Shown here: one piece after another, positions 1 through 9,134 of the stretch | Position numbering within the stretch: position 1 is the stretch's first letter | Layout: each line of letters begins with the position of its first letter | NCBI GenBank assembly: GCA_949127775.1 | Contig: CASBQF010000094.1 | Coordinates: forward strand, 16,198 to 80,197 | Reading direction: 5' to 3' | Length of the DNA stretch: 64,000 nucleotides | From: Oscillatoriales cyanobacterium PMM_0080 | GTDB lineage: Bacteria; Cyanobacteriota; Cyanobacteriia; Cyanobacteriales; Microcoleaceae | Position numbers and translations under genes: made by a program | Notes under the pieces: generated by a model | The model's input: only the letters and a program-made list of their open reading frames with translations | Databases searched by the model: none | What the model was told of the DNA's origin: nothing

Positions 1-789
1 ACATTCAAAAGTGTAATCAGATCCGCCTTTGGTTAAATCTACCAAATAGGGAACTAAATCGCCTTCAACTTCGCGGGGATTGACAAAGTGAGTCATGCCG
101 AATTTTTCTGCCATTGCTCGCTTGTCTGGATTCATATCTACGCCGACAATCATATTAGCTCCCACCAGGCGCGCTGCTTGAATTACATTCAAACCTACGC
201 CGCCTAAACCGAAAACTATGACATTAGATCCAGGTTCTACTTTCGCTGTATTGATGACAGCGCCGATGCCAGTTGTGACGCCACAGCCAATCAAACAAAC
301 TTTGTCAAAGGGAGCGTCATCGCGAATTTTTGCTACGGCTATTTCGGGTAATACTGTATAATTAGCAAAGGTAGAAGTTCCCATGTAATGAAAAATTTTC
401 TCGCCATTAATTGAAAACCTGCTCGTGCCGTCGGGCATCACGCCTTGTCCTTGAGTGAGGCGAATTGCTTGACAAAGATTGGTTTTTCCGCTCAAACAAT
501 ATGCACAGTTGCGACATTCGGGAGTGTAAAGTGGAATTACCCGATCGCCCTTTTTGACACTTGTCACTCCCGCCCCAACATCCGCAACAACCCCAGCTCC
601 CTCGTGGCCTAGAATCGCCGGGAACAAACCTTCGGGATCGGCGCCGGAAAGAGTGTAAGCATCTGTGTGACAAACACCCGTCGCCTTAATTTCTACCAGC
701 ACCTCACCAGCCCGTGGCCCATCTAGATCGACCGTTTCAATGGTCAAAGGTTGGCCGGCACTACGAGCAACTGCTGCTTTTACTTTCAT
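1..789 (-). CDS. frmA: S-(hydroxymethyl)glutathione dehydrogenase / class III alcohol dehydrogenase (partial, runs off the window start)
   Basis: Not in the ORF track. Manual minus-strand translation from ATG at 789 gives MKVKAAVA...GVCHTDAYTLSGADPEGLFPAILGHEGAG...CRNCAYCLSGKTNLC...GLGGVG, with Zn ligands and Rossmann motif of class III ADH. Confidence 0.9.
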   Translation of the reverse strand, partial: MKVKAAVARSAGQPLTIETVDLDGPRAGEVLVEIKATGVCHTDAYTLSGADPEGLFPAILGHEGAGVVADVGAGVTSVKKGDRVIPLYTPECRNCAYCLSGKTNLCQAIRLTQGQGVMPDGTSRFSINGEKIFHYMGTSTFANYTVLPEIAVAKIRDDAPFDKVCLIGCGVTTGIGAVINTAKVEPGSNVIVFGLGGVGLNVIQAARLVGANMIVGVDMNPDKRAMAEKFGMTHFVNPREVEGDLVPYLVDLTKGGSDYTFEC

Positions 790-864
790 CTTTCTTCCCT
801 GCTGCGATCGATTTGTTAAATGCTCCGTCAATATGTATTCTATTACTTAATTTGAAAATTGCAG

Positions 865-940
865 CAACTTTATGACAAAATTAAGTAGTAAGGTGCGCAG
901 TGCGCTACGTAATATTCTACCAACTTTATGACAAAATTAA
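865..940. repeat. REP-like hairpin flanked by a 20-bp direct repeat that includes the SDR start codon
   Basis: caactttatgacaaaattaa at 865-884 and 921-940 brackets gtagtaaggtgcgcagtgcgctac. Confidence 0.8.
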
Positions 941-1611
941 TTGTAATTACCGGAGTCAGTCGTGGTCTCGGTTTAGCAATGACCGACAAGTTTATTGAAT
1001 TGGGACACACAGTTTTAGGATGCGCCCGCTCTTCCGAAGCTGTGGAAAAACTCAAACAAAAATATAGCGAACCTCATAATTTTACTTGCTTGGATGTCGC
1101 CAGCGACGAGCAAGTCAAAGCTTGGGCAACAGAAATTTTGGCAAATTACTCAGCGCCAGATTTGCTGATCAACAATGCAGCTATAACTAATCATCTCGCG
1201 CCTCTTTGGAATATTAACAGCGAAGAGTTTTCAGAGGTAATTGATGTTAATATTAAAGGTACTGCTAATGTGATTCGCCACTTTGTCCCGGCAATGATTG
1301 CGAAAAAAAGTGGCATAATTGTCAACTTTAGCTCCGGTTGGGGAAGGTCAACTTCGCCGCAAGTTGCGCCCTATTGCGCTTCCAAATGGGCGATCGAAGG
1401 ACTGACGCGCTCCCTAGCACAAGAACTCCCGCGAGGCATGGCGGCCGTTCCTTTGAATCCGGGGATAATTCACACAGATATGCTGGAAATCTCTTTCGGA
1501 GAACACGCGGCAAGTTACACATCTGTTAAAGCATGGGTGCAAAAAGCAGTGCCTTTTTTACTCAAATTGAAACCTTCGGATAATGGCGTGCCGATGACCG
1601 TTCCAGGATAA
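928..1611 (+). CDS. SDR family NAD(P)-dependent oxidoreductase
   Basis: TGVSRGLG Rossmann motif, NNA, catalytic YCASK. Confidence 0.9.
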   Translation: MTKLIVITGVSRGLGLAMTDKFIELGHTVLGCARSSEAVEKLKQKYSEPHNFTCLDVASDEQVKAWATEILANYSAPDLLINNAAITNHLAPLWNINSEEFSEVIDVNIKGTANVIRHFVPAMIAKKSGIIVNFSSGWGRSTSPQVAPYCASKWAIEGLTRSLAQELPRGMAAVPLNPGIIHTDMLEISFGEHAASYTSVKAWVQKAVPFLLKLKPSDNGVPMTVPG

Positions 1612-1647
1612 TAAATAAGTTGATTACAAATAAAGATTAGATGGGGA

Positions 1648-1761
1648 GAGGGCGGGTTTTGCACTTTTCTACTGGCTTGTATCAGAGATTCTTAGGGGAG
1701 GGCGGGTTTTGTACTTTTCTACTGGCTTGTATCAGAGATCCTACGCTAAACCCGCCCCTAC
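1648..1761. repeat. REP-like element (AGGGCGGGTTTT ... AAACCCGCCCCTAC) with a 50-bp tandem duplication of the left arm
   Basis: Near-identical units start at 1648 and 1698; same family as 47710-47790. Confidence 0.75.
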
Positions 1762-1886
1762 AATATACTAGGAAATTATCTGGGTTCATCCGTGTTTATC
1801 TGCTTAATATCTGCGGTTTATTTATCAATTAACAATTTATGCAAGAAGTCTAATAAAATAGTAAAATAAGATTCCTGTCTTATCCA

Positions 1887-2966
1887 ATGCCAGAACTCTT
1901 TCCCCAAATAGCCACTGTGAACTTGCCTCTTCCCTCGCCCTCGCAAACCCAAACCCGCAAAGCAGACCACATCCGAATCTGCCTCGAAGAAGACGTACAA
2001 TTTCGCGAAACTACCAGCGGACTCGAAAACTACCGTTTTACTCACTGTTGTTTGCCAGAACTCGATCGCACCCAAATCGATTTAACCTCCACATTTCTCG
2101 GCAAAAAACTAGCCGTACCCCTGCTAATATCGTCGATGACGGGCGGCACAGAACTAGCCCAGATCATCAATTATCGCCTCGCCGATGTCGCTCAAACATA
2201 CAAACTGGCAATGGGTGTCGGTTCCCAGCGCATAGCAGTTGAAAGCCCTGAATTGGCTTCTACATTTGCCATCCGCAGACGCGCTCCCGATATTCTGCTA
2301 TTTGCTAATATCGGAGCGGTACAATTAAATTACAATTATGGTTTGGAAGAGTGCCAAAAAATCGTTGATATTCTCGAAGCAGATGCCCTTATTTTACACT
2401 TAAATCCGCTGCAAGAGTGCGTTCAAACCGAAGGTGATACTAATTTTAAAGGACTACTAGATAAAATTGCCAAGTTGTGCGATCGATTACCAGTACCGGT
2501 GATTGCAAAAGAAGTTGGTAATGGTATTTCTGGAAAAATGGCACATAAATTGTTGGGGGCTGGAGTAAGTGCGATCGACATTGCCGGAGCAGGAGGCACT
2601 TCTTGGGCGAAAATAGAAGGACAACGAGCCAAAGATAGCAAGCAGCGCAGATTGGGCGCAACCTTTGCCGACTGGGGAATTCCGACAGCCGAGTGTATTG
2701 TCAGCACCCGCGCCGTAGCGCCAGATGTTCCCCTGATAGCCTCTGGAGGCTTGCAAAACGGCTTGGATGCAGCGAAAACCCTCGCCCTCGGCGCGGATAT
2801 GGCGGGACTGGCGCGACCATTTTTGCAAGCCGCAGCGCAATCGGAATCAGCCACAGCCCTCTTAGCTGAGGTTTTAATTGCAGAAATTACCACCGCCATG
2901 TTCTGTACGGGATGCGCTAACTTAGATGAGTTAAGACATTCTGGGGTTTTGGAAAGGTTAAGATAG
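1887..2966 (+). CDS. fni: Type 2 isopentenyl-diphosphate delta-isomerase
   Basis: RKADHI, SSMTGG, GVGSQR, KEVGNG, GAGGTSW and ASGG motifs of FMN-dependent IDI-2. Confidence 0.95.
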   Translation: MPELFPQIATVNLPLPSPSQTQTRKADHIRICLEEDVQFRETTSGLENYRFTHCCLPELDRTQIDLTSTFLGKKLAVPLLISSMTGGTELAQIINYRLADVAQTYKLAMGVGSQRIAVESPELASTFAIRRRAPDILLFANIGAVQLNYNYGLEECQKIVDILEADALILHLNPLQECVQTEGDTNFKGLLDKIAKLCDRLPVPVIAKEVGNGISGKMAHKLLGAGVSAIDIAGAGGTSWAKIEGQRAKDSKQRRLGATFADWGIPTAECIVSTRAVAPDVPLIASGGLQNGLDAAKTLALGADMAGLARPFLQAAAQSESATALLAEVLIAEITTAMFCTGCANLDELRHSGVLERLR

Positions 2967-2974
2967 AAAGATGT

Positions 2975-3143
2975 CAGTTGTTAGTTGTTATTTGTTAGTT
3001 GTTATTTGTTAGTTGTTAGTCGTTAGTTGCCACCAATAACCAATAACCAATAACCAACAACCAATAACCAATAACCAATAACCAACAACCAATAACCAAC
3101 AACCAATAACCAACAACCAATAACCAATAACCAATAACCAATT
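2975..3143. repeat. STRR heptamer array (TTGTTAG then TAACCAA/CAACCAA)
   Basis: Visible tandem heptamers. Similar arrays at ~10821-10860, 13405-13475, 13628-13665, 19240-19272, 22661-22695, 26709-26742, 34577-34610, 35565-35665, 35764-35875 and 36771-36828. Confidence 0.9.
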
Positions 3144-3149
3144 ATCTAA

Positions 3150-4970
3150 ATGAAAGATTTCGTAAAATATACTTGTGCAAGTTTGCTGGGAACCTTCCTC
3201 GGATTGTTGCTTCTGGGTGGCGTTGGATTGGGGGGACTGGTACTGCTAATTGCTGTCGCGGCATCATCGTCTAAAGATTCAGGGCCGCAAGTTAAAGATA
3301 AGTCTGTATTGGTATTAGACCTTTCTTTAAATATCACTGATAGTAAACCAAACCGCAGCACTAGCGCGGCAATTCAAGAAGCGCTTTCGGACGATTCTGG
3401 CGATTCTGTGACGTTGCGGAGTGTTCTGGATGCGATCGACTCTGCGAAAAAAGACCCGAAAATCGTGGGCCTTTATCTCGAAGGCAGTTCGGATTCCAGC
3501 AGCAGCGGGTTTGCTAATCTTAAGGAAGTTCGATCGGCATTACAGCGTTTCCGAAATGCCAAAAAACCCATTTTTGCTTACCAAATGGACTGGAATGAGC
3601 GAGATTATTACCTCGGTTCAGTTGCAAATACAATTGCTGTCAATCCGTACGGATCATTAGAAATCAACGGTTTTAGCAGTCAGGCTATGTTTTTGACCGG
3701 TGCTTTGGAAAAATACGGGCTGGGAGTCCAAGTGACTCGCGTCGGTAAATACAAGTCAGCCGTTGAACCATTTTTGCTCAAAAAAATGAGTCCCGAAAAT
3801 CGCCAGCAAACTCAAAAGTTGCTCGGAGATATTTGGGGAGAATACCTAAAAACTGTCGGGCCAAACCGCAAATTGACAGTTCCGCAACTGCAAGCGGTGG
3901 CAGATCAGGGCGGAACTTTGATGGCTGACGAAGCTCTCAAAAGTAAGTTAGTTGATAAAGTTGTCTACTTTGACGAAATTGCGATCGAACTTAAGAAACT
4001 GACAGGAACTGATGCAGAAAATAAGTCTTTCAAGCAGATAAGTTTGAAAAACTACGCGAGAGTTGCTGAGAGTAAAAACTCAACTCATACTAACAAGAAA
4101 AACCAGATTGCTGTCCTTTACGCTGAAGGTGAGATTGTAGACGGGGAAGGTGGCCCAACTCAAGTAGGAGGCGATCGCATCGCTCAAGAAATCCGCAAAA
4201 TCCGAGAAGATGACAACGTAAAAGCCCTAGTTTTGCGCGTCAACAGTCCTGGAGGTAGCGTCACGGCATCGGAAGTCATCGGACGCGAAGTCGCGCTGAC
4301 GGGCAAAAAGAAGCCAGTTATCGTGTCGATGGGAAATTTAGCAGCATCCGGCGGCTATTGGATTTCGATGGGTTCTAGCAAAATCTTTGCCGAAGCTAGT
4401 ACGATTACTGGTTCGATCGGCGTTTTTGGAATGTTATTCAACGCCGAAAAGTTGGCTGCTAACAACGGCATAACTTGGGATGTGGTGAAAACCGCGCGTT
4501 TTGCGGATATTAACACGGTTTCCCGCCCCAAAAATCCTCAAGAATTGGCGAATATTCAGAAAATAGTCGATCGCATTTACGATCGATTTGTTACTAAAGT
4601 CGCCGACTCCCGTAAACTACCGAAAAACAAAGTACAAGAAATTGCTCAAGGCAGAGTTTGGTCTGGCACGGCCGCCAAACAGTTGGGTTTAGTCGATGAA
4701 ATTGGCGGCCTAGAAGATGCGATCAGAGCCGCAGCTAAGCAAGCTAAACTCGGCGACGATTGGCATTTAGAAGAGTATCCAAAAAGCCGCAGCTTGGAGG
4801 AACGAATTTTGGAAAAATTTTCCGGTGTTCATGTTTTGAAGCCAGCCACCAAACTCGATCCATTAACAGCCGAAGTTAAGAAAATGCAGGATGAATTGGC
4901 TGTAATCAAGTCCATGAACGACCCCCAGGGCGTTTATGTTCGCTTACCTTTCGACTTGCGGATTAATTAA
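3150..4970 (+). CDS. sppA: Signal peptide peptidase SppA, 67K type
   Basis: Two S49 domains: VGKYKSAVEP, RVNSPGGS, ASGGYWIS, TGSIGV, QGRVWSG; N-terminal TM helix. Confidence 0.93.
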   Translation: MKDFVKYTCASLLGTFLGLLLLGGVGLGGLVLLIAVAASSSKDSGPQVKDKSVLVLDLSLNITDSKPNRSTSAAIQEALSDDSGDSVTLRSVLDAIDSAKKDPKIVGLYLEGSSDSSSSGFANLKEVRSALQRFRNAKKPIFAYQMDWNERDYYLGSVANTIAVNPYGSLEINGFSSQAMFLTGALEKYGLGVQVTRVGKYKSAVEPFLLKKMSPENRQQTQKLLGDIWGEYLKTVGPNRKLTVPQLQAVADQGGTLMADEALKSKLVDKVVYFDEIAIELKKLTGTDAENKSFKQISLKNYARVAESKNSTHTNKKNQIAVLYAEGEIVDGEGGPTQVGGDRIAQEIRKIREDDNVKALVLRVNSPGGSVTASEVIGREVALTGKKKPVIVSMGNLAASGGYWISMGSSKIFAEASTITGSIGVFGMLFNAEKLAANNGITWDVVKTARFADINTVSRPKNPQELANIQKIVDRIYDRFVTKVADSRKLPKNKVQEIAQGRVWSGTAAKQLGLVDEIGGLEDAIRAAAKQAKLGDDWHLEEYPKSRSLEERILEKFSGVHVLKPATKLDPLTAEVKKMQDELAVIKSMNDPQGVYVRLPFDLRIN

Positions 4971-4986
4971 CTTTACTCTTGAGTCT

Positions 4987-5130
4987 GCGGAGGCAGACTA
5001 CCCTTCGGGAAGGCTAACGCCTACGTTTGTGTAGCAGCGGTTTCAACCGCCGAGTCTAATCTTCAACCAGCGCACCATCCGGGTTTTGTTTATGTAGCAG
5101 CGGTTTCAACCGCCGAGTTTCAACTGCCGA
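4987..5130. repeat. REP cluster (GTAGCAGCGGTTTCAACCGCCGAGT x2); the first unit carries a 23-nt insertion
   Basis: Repeat units near 5031 and 5093; ccttcgggaaggctaacgcctac at 5002-5024. Confidence 0.7.
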
Positions 5131-5145
5131 GTCCGATCTACTGAA

Positions 5146-5174
5146 AAACCCGGCTTCTTCAAGAAACCGGGTTT
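5146..5174. terminator. Hairpin between convergent sppA and glsB-like gene, possible bidirectional terminator (also a repeat family)
   Basis: aaacccgg-c-ttctt-c-aagaa-a-ccgggttt; related arms at 36862-36935. Confidence 0.5.
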
Positions 5175-5218
5175 ATGAATACCCTAAAAGTCGATCGGCT
5201 CGGAATTGGTAATATTTG

Positions 5219-5488
5219 TTATGCAGCACGCTGAGTCAACAATCCCCAGACAAAAAGTACCACGATCGCACCAATAACTGCAAAAGCTATGCTGGGTAAA
5301 GTCAATGCTCCGAAGGAAGCTCCCGCGCTCGTCCCGACAAAGGTTTGACCTAAATAACCTCCCACCAGCGCGCCGATAATTCCTAAAACTGTTGTGGCAA
5401 TAAAACCACCGCCTTGAGTTCCCGGATAAATGGCTTTGGCGATCGCACCGGCAATCAGTCCTAAAACAATCCAAGCAATAATTCCCAT
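5219..5488 (-). CDS. GlsB/YeaQ/YmgE family stress-response membrane protein
   Basis: MGIIAWIVLGLIAGAIAKAIYPG...GIIGALVGG...AVIGAIVVL signature. Confidence 0.88.
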   Translation of the reverse strand: MGIIAWIVLGLIAGAIAKAIYPGTQGGGFIATTVLGIIGALVGGYLGQTFVGTSAGASFGALTLPSIAFAVIGAIVVLFVWGLLTQRAA

Positions 5489-5737
5489 GTCTTTTTCTCC
5501 TGAATTCTTGAGCTTTTCTCGTGCCTTGTCTTATGTTCTTAGAATAACAACCGATCTCTCACTCTTACCTCTACCGCAGGGATGAACCGAGAGTGGTAGA
5601 ATTTCTGAGGAATCGTCCCATAAATGCAGTTATCCTTCAAGCCAAAAGAAATCTCAGAAATTTTTCTCTTGACTTTTTGTGCTTTAGTGGTAAAAAAAAT
5701 TACAATAATTATCTAAAATAAGGAAAGTTTGCGGCCG

Positions 5738-6925
5738 ATGGATCTGACTTTGTGCATGATTGTCAAGAATGAAGAAGCAACACTGTCGCGGACTTTGGAC
5801 AGCGTGAAGGGTATTGTTGACGAAATGGTTATAGTAGATACCGGTTCGCGCGATCGTACCCGTGAAATTGCCCGAGAATTTGGGGCGAGAGTTTATGACT
5901 TTGAATGGTGTGACGACTTCGCAGCGGCGCGCAACGAGTGTCTGAAGTACGCCCAGGGCGACTGGATTTTGGTTTTGGATGCCGATGAGGTGCTGGTACC
6001 GGAGATTGTACTTCAACTTAAGCAGGCAATTAAGGGGGATCGGCTGCTGTTAATCAATCTCATCCGTCAAGAAATAGGTGCATCTCAATCTCCCTATTCC
6101 TTAGTGTCGCGCTTGTTTCGCAATCGCCCCGGCATCCGCTTTTCTCGCCCTTACCACGCAATGGTAGACGACAGCGTAGCTGAGATTTTGCAGCGCGAAC
6201 CGCAGTGGAAAATAGTTTCTCTCCCCGATGTGGCGATTTGGCACTCTGGCTATCACAAAGATGCGATCGCCGCCAAAAGTAAATTCCAAAAAGCTCAAGC
6301 AGCAATGGAACGTTATATAGCTTATTATCCAAACGATGCTTACGCGTGCAGCAAATTAGGCGCTTTATACGTAGAAAGTGGGCAACTCGGGCGGGGAATT
6401 AATTTATTAACTAAGGGCTTGACTGCTGTCGCCATTGATGATTCTATTGTTTACGAACTCAACTATCATTTAGGAATTGCTTATCGCAAGCAAGAGCAAC
6501 TTGCCAAAGCTAAGGAACACTATCAAGCGGCAATTAATATAGATGTTTTTCCGGCCCTCAAATTGGGTGCTTACAATAATTTGGGCAATTTGTTCAAAGA
6601 TGAAGGAGATTTGAAATCTGCTGAAAAAGCTTACAAAGCAGCCTTGAAAATTGACCCCAATTTCGCAGCAGGACACTACAATTTAGGACTGACGCTAAAA
6701 GCAGCCGGAAATTTATCAGACGCGATCGCCTATTATCGACAAGCGATTAAAATCGATCCCGAACACGCCGAAGCGCATCAAAATTTGGCAGTAGCTTTGT
6801 TAAAAATTGGCAAAATGCCCGAGAGTTTAGCCGAATTCAAAAAGGCGATCGCCCTTCACGAACAGCGTCGTCCCTTTGAAGCAGAACGCCTGCGCCGGGG
6901 ACTCCAAGAAATGGGTTTAATTTAA
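5738..6925 (+). CDS. GT2 glycosyltransferase with C-terminal TPR repeats
   Basis: LCMIVKNEE, VDTGSRD, DFAAARN, LDADE, followed by TPR helices (AYNNLG, AHQNLA). Confidence 0.9.
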   Translation: MDLTLCMIVKNEEATLSRTLDSVKGIVDEMVIVDTGSRDRTREIAREFGARVYDFEWCDDFAAARNECLKYAQGDWILVLDADEVLVPEIVLQLKQAIKGDRLLLINLIRQEIGASQSPYSLVSRLFRNRPGIRFSRPYHAMVDDSVAEILQREPQWKIVSLPDVAIWHSGYHKDAIAAKSKFQKAQAAMERYIAYYPNDAYACSKLGALYVESGQLGRGINLLTKGLTAVAIDDSIVYELNYHLGIAYRKQEQLAKAKEHYQAAINIDVFPALKLGAYNNLGNLFKDEGDLKSAEKAYKAALKIDPNFAAGHYNLGLTLKAAGNLSDAIAYYRQAIKIDPEHAEAHQNLAVALLKIGKMPESLAEFKKAIALHEQRRPFEAERLRRGLQEMGLI

Positions 6926-7015
6926 ACCTGCATATCTACTTTCTCGCTAAGTCAGTAATTGGTACAGGCAATCCCCGGTGGTTGTCCCTCGATCCCGAAG
7001 GGGTAGGCACTCTTG

Positions 7016-7212
7016 CATTGGTGTCAACAATCGCCTGAAAACTTTTGTATATCTGGTTTCTATCTAAGGCCAGATCCCCCTAAATCCCCCGAAAGCAAGG
7101 GGGACTTTGAGCTGCTTCCGGTTCCCCCCTTCTTAAGGGGGGCTAGGGGGGATCTGGCCTAATATTCAAATAGTAAACCGGTACTAAGTTTGACCTTAAG
7201 TTGACACCAATG
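7016..7212. mobile_element. MITE (~197 bp) inserted into a REP-like hairpin
   Basis: 13-bp perfect TIR cattggtgtcaac / gttgacaccaatg; 6-bp direct repeat ctcttg at 7010-7015 and 7213-7218; internal GC-rich palindrome; sister copy at 59834-60030. Confidence 0.82.
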
Positions 7213-7255
7213 CTCTTGGCACTACCCCTACAAATTGCCAAAAATACCAGCCAAA

Positions 7256-7984
7256 TCAAGCAATTATCTCTACTTTGCCGCTGTCCAAATCGTAGCGCGC
7301 CCCAACAACTTTAAGCTTGCCCGCTTTCACAGCTTCAGCCAAAATAGGCGACGCAGATTTTAACTTATTTACATTCATTTTTACATTAGCTCTAACTGCG
7401 TTATCCCAAGCATCGCCCAATTGATTTTTTGTAGCATCAACGGCTGGTTTAATCGCCGCCACCAAAGTGCCAATGTGACCCGGCACAGCTTTACCATCTA
7501 AAGCCGCTTTCACCGCACCGCAGCGTTCGTGACCCATAATTACTAATAGCGGAACGCCTAATTCTAATGCGGCATATTCCATATTTCCGAGAACCCCATC
7601 GTCGAGAAAATTTCCAGCTACTCGAATATCAAATAAATCCCCTAATCCTTGATCGAAAATAATTTCAGGAGCAACCCGCGAATCAGAACAAGCCAGGATG
7701 GTTGCAAACGGATGTTGAGCCTGTGCTACTTCGACAATTCGCGATCGGCTTTGGTCGGTAAATGTCCGTTTTTGGTCAATATACCGCTGATTCCCGTCCA
7801 TCAATTTCTTAAGAGCATCGTCGGGAGTAATCTGTGAAATGGGCTCTAAATTTGCAGCTTTAGCTTCTTTAGCTTGTAAAAGAGTGGATGCAATGCTGGC
7901 CGCCAGCATCCCTGCACCCGCCCTCAAAATTAGATTACGTCGCGAAATCATGCCTGTTCTTTCGCTTTCAGTCATTGCTGGCAA
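7256..7984 (-). CDS. Beta-class carbonic anhydrase with twin-arginine signal peptide
   Basis: CSDSR and HERCG Zn ligands; N-terminal SRRNLI, hydrophobic stretch and AKA cleavage site. Confidence 0.9.
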   Translation of the reverse strand: MPAMTESERTGMISRRNLILRAGAGMLAASIASTLLQAKEAKAANLEPISQITPDDALKKLMDGNQRYIDQKRTFTDQSRSRIVEVAQAQHPFATILACSDSRVAPEIIFDQGLGDLFDIRVAGNFLDDGVLGNMEYAALELGVPLLVIMGHERCGAVKAALDGKAVPGHIGTLVAAIKPAVDATKNQLGDAWDNAVRANVKMNVNKLKSASPILAEAVKAGKLKVVGARYDLDSGKVEIIA

Positions 7985-8154
7985 CTTTGTTCAATTTTTT
8001 GTACTCACAAGCATAATATCTACCATAACTTCAGCCAGACTTCTTTACTTTTTCTTTACAAGTAGCTGCGGTAAAATTTAAACTTCAAAAAAGTTCACTC
8101 TTTTTATTTCATAAACTTAACAGCAGTCATCCTTCTGCCTGCGCGGATGCTATA

Positions 8155-8991
8155 ATGTATCCAAAACGACAAATTATTTATCAATGTATCGAAATGTCTT
8201 ACGTCGCCAGTATTCATATTTATCCGGTCAAGTCCCTTGACGGCATAGCAGTCAGTCAAGCCACTATTCTTGCTAGCGGAACTCTAGAAGGCGATCGCTC
8301 CTTAGCAATCTGCAATGAAGCAGGAGAATTTGTTAACACTAAGCGCAACAGCGGAGTGCATTTTCTGCGCCTATCATTTGACCTCAAAAATAGAATTGCT
8401 GGGCTGAAAATTCAAGACACCGAACAAGAAATCTTTTTTCATATAGATAGAGAACGCCCGGAAATAGAATCTTGGTTGAGCAACTACTTCGGCTTCCCCG
8501 TCAAATTAATTGAAAACTTGCTTACAGGCTTTCCCGACAATACCGCTGCACCGGGGCCAACGATTATCAGTACCGCAACAATTGCCGAAGTTGCATCTTG
8601 GTTTCCGAGAGTTTGCGTTAACGAGATGCGCCATCGCTTGCGAGCTAATATTGAAATAGGAGATGTCCCGGCTTTTTGGGAAGATAGTCTTTTCTCGGAA
8701 GCCGATGAAATTGTCAGCTTTCAAATAGGGACTGCAATATTTGAAGGTATTAATCCCGGTCAGCCTTGTATCCTATCTACACGAAATTATGCGGCGAAAG
8801 AAGCTTATTCCAGCTTTCAAAAGGTACTAACAGCCAATCAAAATCAAATTATACCGGATTTCGTAAAAAAAGGGGATTTAAATGATTTAAATCGGCTGAT
8901 CGTAAACACGCGAGTGCCACATCCAACAGCCGGAAAAATCATACATATAGGAGATGAAGTTACAATGCTCAGCGTCAAAAAATCCCTATAG
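8155..8991 (+). CDS. MOSC domain protein (start may be the ATG at 8194)
   Basis: IHIYPVKSLDG, GDR, RLRANIEI and IHIGDEV motifs. Confidence 0.8.
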   Translation: MYPKRQIIYQCIEMSYVASIHIYPVKSLDGIAVSQATILASGTLEGDRSLAICNEAGEFVNTKRNSGVHFLRLSFDLKNRIAGLKIQDTEQEIFFHIDRERPEIESWLSNYFGFPVKLIENLLTGFPDNTAAPGPTIISTATIAEVASWFPRVCVNEMRHRLRANIEIGDVPAFWEDSLFSEADEIVSFQIGTAIFEGINPGQPCILSTRNYAAKEAYSSFQKVLTANQNQIIPDFVKKGDLNDLNRLIVNTRVPHPTAGKIIHIGDEVTMLSVKKSL

Positions 8992-9092
8992 GAAATATGC
9001 TGAGAACCCCGTCCTTTCAAGGCGGGGATGAAAGCTAGCCGCAGGCATAAGAGCTGCCAGTCAAGATTTGGGATTTTGTTGTTGTCATAATA

Positions 9093-9120
9093 TCTACAAA
9101 ATGATATAATGTTTTGTAGA
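9093..9120 (+). promoter_or_regulatory. Extended -10 element (TGaTATAAT) inside a 9-bp inverted repeat upstream of tnpB
   Basis: tctacaaaa-tgatataatg-ttttgtaga, 15 nt before the tnpB ATG. Confidence 0.5.
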
Positions 9121-9134
9121 GTCAACCAATAATC

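Noticed and set aside
2975-3143. Long tandem arrays as CRISPR or ncRNA
   Set aside because: Simple heptamer STRR repeats without spacers.
8155-8991. MOSC gene as a pseudogene truncated by the IS
   Set aside because: The ORF is full length and ends at its own stop before the IS hairpin; it has PGQPC rather than PCxRC but retains the second Cys.
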